NCBI RefSeq assembly: GCF_028641065.1
Contig: NC_073400.1
Coordinates: 29,760,001 to 29,824,000, forward strand
Length of the DNA: 64,000 bases
Direction: 5' to 3'
Source of the DNA: Leucoraja erinacea
Lineage: Eukaryota
A program made the position numbers and the translations under genes. Shown here piece after piece: positions 1-10,461 of this stretch. Position 1 is the stretch's first letter, and every line of letters starts with the position of its first letter. The notes under the pieces were generated by a model that saw only the letters and a list, made by a program, of their open reading frames with translations, did no database searches and was not told where the DNA came from.

Positions 1-329
1 CTCTGGCAATGGAGGAGGCCCAGGACAGAAAGGTCAGTGTGGGAATGGGAAGGGACATGGACAGGGTTGGCAACCGGGAGATCAAGAATGGTCCCGACCC
101 GAAAAGGACACCTATCCATTTTCTCCAGAGATTCTGCCTGATCCGCCGAGTTACTCCAGCACTTTGTGTCTATCTTTGGTGTAAACCAGCACCTGCAGTT
201 CCTTGCTACACATGATCTATGCGAAACCATGAACCTGTCTGAACAGCGCAAATGACATGTTTTTTATTGTTAAACCTCAGCTTGTGTTACTGCAGTGTGA
301 GTGATCTTTCATCATTAATGTGTCCACAG

Positions 330-653
330 GGTCAAGGGGAATAACTGGACCCGAGGAGGTGAGGGGACAGTTGGGGCAGTCGGTCACTGTGGAATGTCAG
401 TATGGTCAGGAATACACTGACAACAAGAAGCTGTGGAGTAAAGGTGATTCTTACCGGAATTCTTATACTGTGTTTTCTACTGATGACCAACGACGAGGGA
501 GAACATCGATGACTGATGACAAAGAACAACAGATAGTTTTAGTCACCATCGACAAGCTGAAGAAGAGTGATGAAGGACTCTACTGGTGTGTGATAGTAAA
601 GGGAAACGATTCACTCATTGAATCGACCTCCATCTCATTGACGGTTTCTGAAG
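330..653 (+). CDS. Receptor 1 Ig V-set domain exon, copy A (phase 1-1, 324 nt)
   Basis: Acceptor tccacag|, donor GAAG|gtaagt. Encodes GPEEVRGQLGQSVTVECQY...KKLWSK...LKKSDEGLYWC, the CD300/pIgR V-domain pattern with B- and F-strand Cys. Confidence 0.92.
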
Positions 654-3600
654 GTAAGTTGACGATCTCTCCTCACTCTCCCAGATGTGAAAATTCCAGC
701 CTGTGAATTCCCGGCCTCGGTCCTGATGGTGACTCGGTGCCACATCCCCGGGGGGGGGGGTCGCGGTAAGGGGGTTGGGTGGATAACTCACTTACTGGGG
801 TCCCGGCCCGTGGGGCCACACCAAGAGCTCACTGTCGCTGGAGCAGTATGGGGGGGGGGGGGGGGGGGGACTGTCAGACACCAGCCCCACGGAAGGTCCC
901 ATCTACCGGCGGTTCTGTTGCTGACGGCTCATTTCCACGAAGACGATCGCTCCGGGACCAGAACCTCTGCCGCCCCCTCACTGGGGCAGGTGGTGGGAAA
1001 CCCGGGTGGAGATAGGAGTCAATGGGGGAGGGGGCAGGTTAGTAGAAGATACTTAAAATTAGAGAACCAACGTTCAAACCGTTGGGTTGGAAACTACCTG
1101 AGCCCAATATGAGGTGCGGTTCCTCCAATTTGCATGTGGCCTCACTCTGGCAATGGAGGATGCCCAGGACAGAAAGGTCAGTGTGGGAATGGGAAGGGAC
1201 ATGGACAGGGTTGGCAACCGGGAGATCAAGAATGGTCCCGACCCGAAAAAGACACCTATCCATTTTCTCCAGAGATTCTGCCTGATCCGCCGGGTTACTC
1301 CAGCACTTTGTGTCTATCTTTGGTGTAAACCAGCACCTGCAGTTCCTTGCTACACATGATCTATGCGAAACCATGAACCTGTCTGAACAGCGCAAATGAC
1401 ATGTTTTTTATTGTTAAACCTCAGCTTGTGTTGCTGCAGTGTGAGTGATCGTTCATCATTAATGTGTCCACAGGGTCAAGGGGAATAACTGGACCCAAGG
1501 AGGTGAGGGGAGAGTTGGGGCAGTCGGTCACTGTGGAATGTCGGTATGGTCAGGAATACACTGACAACAAGAAGCTATGGAGTAAAGGTTATTATTACAC
1601 ACTATCTGATACCGTGGTTTCTACTGATGACTCACAACAAGGGAGAACATCGATGACTGATAACGAAACAAAACGGATAGTTTCAGTCACCATCGGCAAC
1701 CTGAAGAAGAGTGATGAAGGATACTACTGGTGTGTGATTGGAAAGGGAATATTTTCAAGCAATGAAAAGACCTCCATCTCATTGACGGTTTCTGAAGGTA
1801 CGTTGACGATCTCTCCTCACTCTCCCAGATGTGAACATTCCAGCCTGGGAATTCCCGGCCTCGGTCCTGACGGTGACTCGGTGCCACATCCCCAGGGGTC
1901 GGGGTGAAGGAGGGGGGAGCACATGAGCAGTGTGTGTGTGTGTGTGAGTGTGTGTGTGTGGGGGGGGGCTCATCAATGGGGACCGGCGGTTCTGCTGCTG
2001 GCGGCTCATTTCCCTAAAGACGATCGCTCCGGGTCCAGAACCTCTGCCGCCCCTCACTGGAGCAGGGGAACAGCCAGAACTTCTGGTGCCCCCTCACCCT
2101 CTCCCCCTGCCCGTCACTGTCACACCCACCACACACACAACATCTGAAGAAGGGACCCAACCTTAAACATCGTCTATTTATTCCTTCCACGGATGCTGCC
2201 TGACCTGCTGAGTTACTCCAGCACTATGTGTTTTGCTCAAGATTCCAGCACCTGCAATTCCTTGTGTCTCACAAACGTTAGTGATTCATGAGCTCAGTTT
2301 ATTGTTGTTGTCTGTACTGAGGTACAGGGAAAAGCTTTTACCATGTTTCCAATGAGGGCCAAGTCATTGGGTATTTTCAGGTGGAGATTGACAGGTTCTC
2401 CATTAGTACGGGTGTCAAGCGATATGGGGAGAAGGCAGGAGAATGGGGTTGAGAGGGAGAGATAGGTCAGCCATGATTGAAAGGTGGAATAGACTCAATG
2501 GGCCAAATGGCCTCAATCTGCCCCTATCACTTATGAACTAATGAACTAAGAATCCTCATGAGATGAGTGATATAGACTTTACACTGAGCCACACAAACTG
2601 TACAAGATGAGATACTCAACGGGTCGGGCAGCTTCTGTGGAGAGAGAACGAGAGTTAATGTTTCAGGTAGATACCTCCAACCAAATTGCATTATTTCCAA
2701 TTCAGTCTGCGTAATGAAAATAGTCCATGGATCCTCCCGCTCCCACTTTAAGTTCTTCTCCAGTGTAGAAGACATGTGCCTAACTCTAGCAGCAGGCAGA
2801 TAACACAGCCTGTGGGACTCTGAAGGTCATGAAAGAAGTCTCTGAATGCTTGTGACCAACTGGTGGCATCTTAATGGGTGAGCCTCCGGTCTAGATCAAG
2901 AGGCTTGGTCCATCTATGGTGGCCTCAGAAGGATCTTTGCCCAAATGTCTGGATTGGGATTTGAACCCAGGAATCTCCCCACACAGAGCAAGAGCGTTCC
3001 TGACTGAGGCATCTCCCACACATCACTAAAGTGGCACAGAACGTGACTTCACACATTTTAATGTTCAAAAACTTCATTTTCTTCATCTCCACAAGGGTCT
3101 CAAACAAGCCGCCCAGACATGGTCACCACCACCTCTACAACAATAAGCACAAAGGCTTCCACCACAACCACTCTGACCACCATGCCTCAAGGTACACCAA
3201 CCACCAAGGCAGCAAGTTCTACTGAGGCTTCTAGTTCAACACCTCCAAACAGGTTAGTAACTCGAAGAGTCAACTCAGCCTCACCTGGGAACAAATTAGT
3301 TAAGTTCAGTTCAGTTCAGTTTAAAGATACAGCGTGGAAATGGACCCTTTGGCCCACCGAGTCCGCTCTGAGCAGCGATCACCCCATACACCAGTTCTGT
3401 TCTACACACTAGGGACAATTTACAGAAGTCAATTAACCTACAAACCCGCACGTCTTTGGAATGTGGGAGGAAACCGGAGAACCTGGAAAAAACTTGCGAT
3501 CACAGGGAGAACGTACAAACTCTGTACAGACAGCACTGGTACTCAGGATCGAACCCGGGGCTCCTGCGCTGTGAGGCACTGCGCCACCGTGCCGTCCCTA

Positions 3601-6495
3601 AATGGTCAGCATGGTCTCAATGGGCCAAAGGGCCTGCTCCCATGTCATATCTCTAAACTCTAAACTACTTTATAGTTCCTTAAATACCAATAGAATTATT
3701 CATAATGTTCTAGAATTTAACCTGCACTGCATTCAAGTCTAGATCCACATTTTTACTTTCCGGATCGAAACGCATGGTTCGTTACTGGGGAGGGAATCAG
3801 TCCTATTACCATGAGCTCGTCATTGTTTTTCCTTGTATTTTGCAGGGACGCATTTCCATGGAAGGTTGTTCTATCGATCGCCTTGACAATTGTCTTTCTT
3901 CTGTTCATCGCTGGCATTATCCTATGTGTAAAAATGAGGCAGAGAAAGAAAACTGGTAAGTAGCGATGAATGTACGTAAATATCAAGGGGCCACTCTTGT
4001 TGATTAACAACGATTTGGCCCTTCTCTCTGAGGTGCCTTTCACAAACTCAGACCATTCACCTACCGTGTAACAGCAGGGAAATACACCAAGTGCTGGAGT
4101 AACTCAGCGGGTCAGGCAGCATCTCTGGAGGACATGGACAGGTGACATTTCAAGGCGGCACAGTGGCCAAGCGGGAGAGTTGCTGCCTTACAACACCTGA
4201 AACACGGGTTCGATCCTGACTATGGGTGCTGTCTGTATGGAGTTTGTACGTTCTCCCTGTGAGCGCGTGGGTTTACACCAGAGAGACAGGACCTTTGGCC
4301 CAACTCGTCCTTACTGGCGCCCAAGGTGCTCCCCTACGCTAGTCCCACTTACCTGTGCTGCTCATGCATTGGGCCAACCAAATTGGTAACAACACTGAGA
4401 AGGAGGATTTCCTGGAATGTATACAGGGTGGGTTTTTATACTAATATGTAGAGGAACCGACTAGAGGGCAGTGTCTATTAGACTGGGTATTGTGTAATGA
4501 GGAAGGTTTAGCAATCTTGTTGCGCAAGGTCCCTTGAGCAACAGTGACCATAATATAGTGGAATCCTGCATTAGGATGGAGGGTGACATGGTTAATTCAG
4601 AGACTAGGGTACTATTCATTAAAGGAGACTTTGAAGGTTTGAGGGGAAGAGGCTAGGTTAGACTGGCAAACTATACTTAAAGGGTTGACAGTGGAGATGC
4701 AATGGCAAAGATTTAAAGACCACAAGGATGAACTCCAGAAATTGTTCATCCCTGTCTGGCGAATAAATAAAACTGGGAAGACAGCTCAAACGTAGCTGAC
4801 GAGGGAAGTCAAGGATAGTGTTAAACTCAAGGAAGCCGCATATACATTGGCCAGAAAAAGTGGCACACCAGAGGACTGGGAGAAATTTAGAACTCAACAG
4901 AGGAGGACAAAGGGGTTAATTAAGGGGGGGGGGGGGGGGGGGTGATAAGAGCATGAAAGAAAGCTTGCAGGGAATATAAAAACTGACTTAAAAGTTTATT
5001 TAAGTATGTAAAAAGGAAAAGATTAGTGAAGAATAATGTAGGTCCCTTACAGTCAGAGGCAGGTGGATTTATAATGGGAAACAAGGGAATGACAGAACAG
5101 TTAAACGAGTACTTTGGTTCTGTCTTCACTAAGGAAGACACTAACAATCTCCCGGAAATACTGGGGACCGAGGATCTAGTGGGAGGGAGGAACTGAAGGG
5201 AATCCACACTAGTCAGAAAATGGTGTTAGGTAAACTGTTGGGACTGAAGGCAGATAAATCCCCAGAGCCTGATGGTCTGCATCCCTGAGTACTCAAGGAG
5301 GTGGCCCTAGAAATCGTGGAGTAAAAATTCACGGCGACCAAAATGAGGCCGCGACTAGTTTCCAGAATGCGAGAACTCCTCACGACCATGAAGGCGACTC
5401 CCCGGCAAACACCCGGCAACCCCGGCAACATGTGGCGACTGCATAGTCTCCCTCAGTCGCCTAAAAAGTTGCCTAAGTGGGACAGGCCCATACGTTTCAT
5501 CAAATTTCACCAAGTATGGCATCAATGGTTAAAAAGCAACATTATCCTTTGCGTGTTTGACTTCAATGAAGTCCATATAAGAATTCATTATCATTATATT
5601 TTTCAGGCTCAAATGAACAGAGAATTATGAGTCAGCAAAATCCAGCAGACAGTTTCAAGGTAAGGCAATGCCACAAATGTTGTAGCCCCAGGGAAATAAA
5701 ACAACCTTACTGGAAGTCATCCCTGCAGGGTCCCACATCACATGACATATCGATCACTTGCCCGCTCCTAACATGGCACCTAAATGATCGAGTGCCCATC
5801 CTTGGCCTTTCTCCACTGCCTTGTCTGGGTTCGATTCTGACCACGGGTGCTGTCTGCGTGGAGTTTGCAGGTTTGCAGAGTGTGACCACCTGGGTTTTGT
5901 CTGAATGCTCCAGTTTCCTCCCACACCCCAAAGACGGGCGGATTTCTAAGTGAATTGCCCTCCATAGAACGGCAGATGCTGGAAAAATCGAATGTAGAAA
6001 AAAATGCTGGAGAAACTCAGCAGGTGAGGCAGCATCTATGGAGCGAAGGAATAGGTGATGTTTCGGGTTGGTGACGTCAATGTTCAAGCAGCCCTTGCTT
6101 TCACTCTCTCTCCATCCCTTTCCCCTTCCAAATTCTCCAACCAGTTTTACTGTCTCCGACTACATTTTATCTCTGTACCAACCACTCCCCTGGCATCAGT
6201 CTGAAGAAGGGTCTCGACCCGAAACGTCACCTATTCCTTCGCTCCATAGATGCTGCCTGACCCGCTGAGTTTCTCCAGCATTTCTGTCCACCTTCTGACA
6301 CTATCTTTAAGTAATTATGTTTCTCACTTGACTCCAAAGGAAACCCCTGTCATTTATACCACCGTGACAACCCGTCCTCCAGCTAGCACGGATAATACTT
6401 ACATGAACCTTCAGGATCTGAACACACAAGGACAAGCCAAGAGGCAAGGTGCCGCAGAAGTTGTGTACGCAACAATTCTCACTGATAATAATTAA
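330..6495 (+). CDS. Receptor 1: CD300/pIgR-like (CMRF35-like / skate MDIR-type) inhibitory Ig-superfamily receptor, 5'-partial gene span
   Basis: Six in-frame GT-AG exons: 330-653, 1474-1797, 3096-3252, 3846-3955, 5607-5659, 6340-6495, with phases 1,1,1,2,1,0 all compatible. They encode V-V-mucin stalk-TM-ITIM tail. No leader exon is in the window. Confidence 0.88.
986..1200 (-). mobile_element. Penelope-like element fragment (GIY-YIG C-terminus) at the duplication junction
   Basis: Minus-strand translation PSHSHTDLSVLGILHCQSEATCKLEEPHLILGSGSFQPNGLNV, matching the copy at 21085-21420. Confidence 0.65.
1474..1797 (+). CDS. Receptor 1 Ig V-set domain exon, copy B (phase 1-1, 324 nt)
   Basis: Acceptor tccacag|, donor GAAG|gtacgt. 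Encodes GPKEVRGELGQSVTVECRY...KKLWSK...LKKSDEGYYWC. Lies exactly 1144 nt after copy A. Confidence 0.92.
3096..3252 (+). CDS. Receptor 1 Thr/Ser-rich mucin-like stalk exon
   Basis: Polypyrimidine tract then aag| at 3095 (in-frame alternative cag| at 3116); donor AG|gttagt. Encodes SQTSRPDMVTTTSTTISTKASTTTTLTTMPQGTPTTKAASSTEASSSTPPNR. Confidence 0.8.
3300..3595 (-). mobile_element. tRNA-derived V-SINE (HE1-like); one of more than 15 copies in the window
   Basis: tRNA-like head (ggcacggtggcgcag...gggttcgatcc B-box), conserved core and (taaac)n-type tail. Confidence 0.8.
3846..3955 (+). CDS. Receptor 1 transmembrane exon
   Basis: ttttgcag| ... ACTG|gtaagt. Encodes DAFPWKVVLSIALTIVFLLFIAGIILCVKMRQRKKT: an uncharged hydrophobic span followed by a basic stop-transfer segment. 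This frame is not in the ORF track. Confidence 0.88.
4365..5320 (+). mobile_element. CR1-type LINE internal fragment (endonuclease-RT linker), degenerate
   Basis: Decayed CR1 ORF2 motifs (LNEYFGSVFTKED, DKSPEPDGLHP-VLKEVA) with stops and frameshifts. Confidence 0.75.
5321..5489. mobile_element. Truncated PIF/Harbinger-type MITE end
   Basis: Ends aagtgggacaggccc, the same TIR family as 36726-36934. Confidence 0.5.
5607..5659 (+). CDS. Receptor 1 short cytoplasmic exon
   Basis: tttttcag| ... AAG|gtaagg. Encodes GSNEQRIMSQQNPADSFK; phase 1-0 bridges the TM and terminal exons. Confidence 0.75.
6201..6228 (+). ncRNA. Minimal hammerhead-ribozyme-like motif in a Penelope-derived short repeat
   Basis: CTGAAGA-A-GGGTC(TC)GACCC-GAAAC-GTC: core boxes, a perfect stem II and a GUC triplet. 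Activity untested. Confidence 0.5.
6340..6495 (+). CDS. Receptor 1 terminal exon with ITIM motifs
   Basis: Acceptor ccaaag|. Encodes ETPVIYTTVTT...NTYMNLQDL...AEVVYATILTDNN*, containing VIYTTV and VVYATI ITIM/ITIM-like motifs plus YMNL. Confidence 0.85.
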   Translation, partial: ETPVIYTTVTTRPPASTDNTYMNLQDLNTQGQAKRQGAAEVVYATILTDNN

Positions 6496-7795
6496 TTCAA
6501 TCACCGGTGAACACCAAGAATACATTGGAAACGGACAGTCTGGTAAAATTGCCTTTGCTTACCCATTAATCCAGACACTTGTGTTCAGATCTCACCAGTG
6601 CATGGTCATCAAGATAACTGGAGATTTTGGGAATCTGATAAAGATAGAACATAGGAAAGTACAACAGGCCATTCGGCCCACAATATCCGTGTTGAAAATT
6701 AAAAATGCAAAAAGTCTCGGCTGGTCAGGCAGCACCTGTGGAGATAGAAACAGAGATAACATGATAGTTCGATGACCTTAAGATGAGAGGGGAAAGATTT
6801 AATAGGAACCCGAGGTTCAACTTTTTCACTCAGTGGGTGGTGGGTGTAAGGAACAAGCTGCTAGAGGAGGTAGTTGAGGCAGGTACTATAACAACATTGA
6901 AAAGACTTTTGGACAGGTACATGGATAGGAAAGGTTTGGAGGGATATGGGCCAAATGCGGGAAGGTGGGACTATCATAGATGGGTTGGCAAGGACAAATT
7001 GGGCCAAATGGCCTGGTTCGTGCTGTATGTTTCTTAGAGTTTGTATTCAACATAGGAAAATAAGAGTAGAAAGAGGCCATTCAGCCCTTCAAGCCAATTC
7101 CGCCATTCAACACAATCATGGCTGATCTGCCTCCAACCTCATTTCCTCTCCTGTGCCAGTACTTCAATGCCCTCGACTCCCTGCCCCTTCAAACTCCTCT
7201 TTAAATACCCCTAATGATCCAGCCTCAATAACCCCCCAGTAGCAGATTATTATAGGGATTCATCACTCCGTTCCGCTTTCCACAAATGCCGCCGAACATG
7301 TTGAGATTTTCCACCATTTTTCTTTTGCCTCAATTAGAACAGTTGTGGAATTTGAACTCTGTTATTAATTTGTGATTTACATATAAATATGTATATGTAC
7401 TGTTGAACACAAAACTGCCGGCTTGGTGTTAAAACTCACTGGTTGACTTTCCACCATCCAGTTTACCAAGTGAAACAGTTCTGTTACTAAGTCATAGAGT
7501 CATACAGCACGGAAACTGGCCCACGTGCTTTCCAGCCAATTGCTTTAATTTCCCAGTAGTTTGTGAATGTTTACGCCAAGCGCAGTGGCTTGCAAATATG
7601 TGTATAAGGAACAGGAATCGCAAGTGTGAGATTGTGTAAATATGTTAAAACGTTTTGTAATGAAACATCTACAGATGACATGGTAGATGTTGTAAGCATA
7701 CAATAAAGTACACTGGTCCTCTGAATACATGGTGAGCCCAAGCTACTAATGACTTTGTGGAAGGTGGTTTTGCGAATGGACGTAAAACACAGAAC

Positions 7796-9299
7796 TAAAG
7801 AATTTGGTGGATTAACACTCCCTCATTTTTTGTATTATTATTGGGCAGCAAATGGCAAAAATGTGATTCACCTGTTGGACAACTCTGCCCAGAGAGAGGA
7901 TTGCTCCCCTTTTAATATAGGAGCAATCCTTTCCCACCAATAAAATTGAATAAAAAATGCAGTAAAAATCCAAGCTATTCATAGTACAATTAGAATTTGG
8001 AATCAAATAAAATTAACCTTAAAATTAAAAGAAACCTATCACCTTTTTCCCCCAATAGATAATAATCCGTCATTTAAACCATCTATTATAGATAAATCAT
8101 TTACATACTGGGAAAGAATAGGAATTAAAATGTTTGGAGACATGTATGAATTTTTTTTTTTTTTTATCATTCCAACAACTACAACTTAAATACAATCTGA
8201 GAAGTAACCAATATTTTAAATATTTTGAAATCCATGACTATTTGAAAAAATATACACAAGAATATCAAAATTTGTCTCCAGACTTATTAGACGAAGCAAT
8301 GAATATAAAGGGGGAATCAACTAATTTAATATCATACTTGTATAATATCATCCTAAACATAGAAATACCATCATCCGATAGAATTAGAAGAGATTGGGAA
8401 CAAGAACTAGCTATAAAAATTTCGAAAGAGAGGTGGGATAAACACTTGTAAAATGTGCACAGATGCTCGATCAATGTAAGACATATTCTAAACCAAAACT
8501 TTACATAGACTATATTACTCAAAAACTAAAATAAGTAAACTTTTTCCAAATGTCTCCCCCATCTGTGATAAATATCTATCCCAAGAAACAACCAACTATA
8601 GCACATTCCTTTGTTTTTTGAATTAAAATCCAAACATTTTGGAATGAAATCTTTGACATTTTTTCAAAGTTTTTTCATATAAAACTGAAACCGAATGCAG
8701 AAATGATTATTTTTGGAACGATGGAAGCCAGCCTTGAGCTGACTTCGTTCCAAAAGAGCTTCCTTAATTACGGCTTAATAATGGCAAAAAAACTTATACT
8801 TAAATTCTGGAAAAACGCTCCCACACCAACGATAAAAATGGGGATTTCAAATGTGTCCGAAATGTTACACCTGGACGTTATCAGATTCCTCCTAGCAAGC
8901 AAATCAGATCATTTCCAAATGATTTGGTCTCCATTTATCGACTTATTACAAGTATCGGGTGCAATAACTTTGAGAATAAACGGTTTCAGGACCTGGTGAG
9001 GGGTGTGGGAAGTTACGAAGTAGGTATTTCCCTTTTATCTTATTTTCCTTTCTTATATCTTCTGTTCTCTATTTTTCTCTTTCTTTTTCTTTGGTCTTCT
9101 CTTTATCTCTTTTTCGTGTTTTACGTTCCTACGGGTCTCTCTTGATCACTCTTTCACGCACTTACTATCCTATCTAACTCTCGTTCCATTCCTTCTTTTT
9201 AAAGTTTAAAGCAAGAAGTGATACAGGAAATGTATTGTGTTATTTTTGGCTTATATCACTGTAATGTGCATTACTTCTAATAAATAAAATATTTAAAAA
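7796..9299 (+). mobile_element. 5'-truncated L1/Tx1-clade LINE with poly(A) tail and 12-bp TSD
   Basis: KEFGGLTLPHFLYYYWAAN and ...KKLILKFWK...W.PF C-terminal motifs, pyrimidine-rich 3' UTR, AATAAA and A-tail. TSD AAAACACAGAAC at 7784-7795 and 9300-9311. Confidence 0.85.
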
Positions 9300-9554
9300 A
9301 AAACACAGAACAGCACGGGAACAGGCCCTTCGGCCCACATTGTCCATGCCAACCATGAGGCAAAGTTAAACTGATCTCATCTGCCTGCACATAGTCCACT
9401 ATCCCTCCACCCCCTGCATATCTCTGTGCCTATCTTCTTAAATGTTTACAAAAATTAATTTCACTGCACCTCGGTACATGACATAAAGTACCATACCATA
9501 CTATCTAAAAGCCTCAGTGGGTCGAAGGGCCTCTATCTCTAAAGCCTAAAGCAA

Positions 9555-9835
9555 AGAGTGCCACAGTGGTAGATTTGCTGCCTCATGGCGCAGGAGACCC
9601 AGGTACGATCCTGACCACGGGTGCTGTCTGTGTGGAGTTTGTACGTTTTCCCTGTGATCGCGTGGTTTTTCTCCGGCTTCCTCCCGCATTCCAAAGACGT
9701 GCAGGTTAATTGGCTTCTGTAAATTGCCCCTAGTGTGTAGGATAGAACTAGTGTGTTGGTGATCGCTGGTCGATGTGGACTCAGCGGGCCAAAGGACCCG
9801 TTCCCACACTGTATCTCTAAACTAAACTCAACTAA
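9555..9835 (+). mobile_element. tRNA-derived V-SINE (HE1-like)
   Basis: Same consensus, full length. Confidence 0.8.
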
Positions 9836-10461
9836 AGCATTACATATTAGATGGGAAATGGGATAAATCAATAGTTGAAGCAAAGTCAGCTGCATCAGAG
9901 GACCATTGGTGTACAATCGAGATTCACAACGCATGTGGAAAGAGAAGTTGTTTCAATTGCAATGTCCTCCAAGCAGCAACTCTACCGCTGCGCCACCGTG
10001 CTGCCTCATCAAAGAGCTTCTGGTTATTAAACTGGAAGCGACGTGGGGGCAGCACAAAATGTGGCGAGTGATGGGTGGATACAGGCGAGGAGAGGGGGAG
10101 GGGGGGGTTGATTGAATGCAATTATTGATTACTGACCATCCAAACAACATTAAATATTTAAACAACACACACATTTCCGCTGGCAATTCTCATTGCTCTT
10201 GTTCGTCTAACAGAAGGAGAACGGACACATTTAGTTGCATTTAACAGTTTTTCATGTTTTCAAAACATTTAAAAAATGCCTCACTATCAGTGCAGCACTT
10301 CTGCAAAACGCCCTGACTGTGGTTTTCCTGCATGTATGGGAGCTAACTCTGCACACTGTCTCAGTGTACCAGTACTATACACATGTTCTGTATCTGAGAT
10401 GCTTATCTAAGATGTATCCAAGTGCCTATGTATAGTGATACTTGTACTGACCAGTATATAG

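Larger units (their letters stand above)
1..2060 (+). repeat. Tandem duplication (offset 1144 nt) carrying the V exon
   Basis: 1-749 aligns with 1145-1892, and 905-984 with 1982-2060. The upstream copy runs off the window start. Confidence 0.95.
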
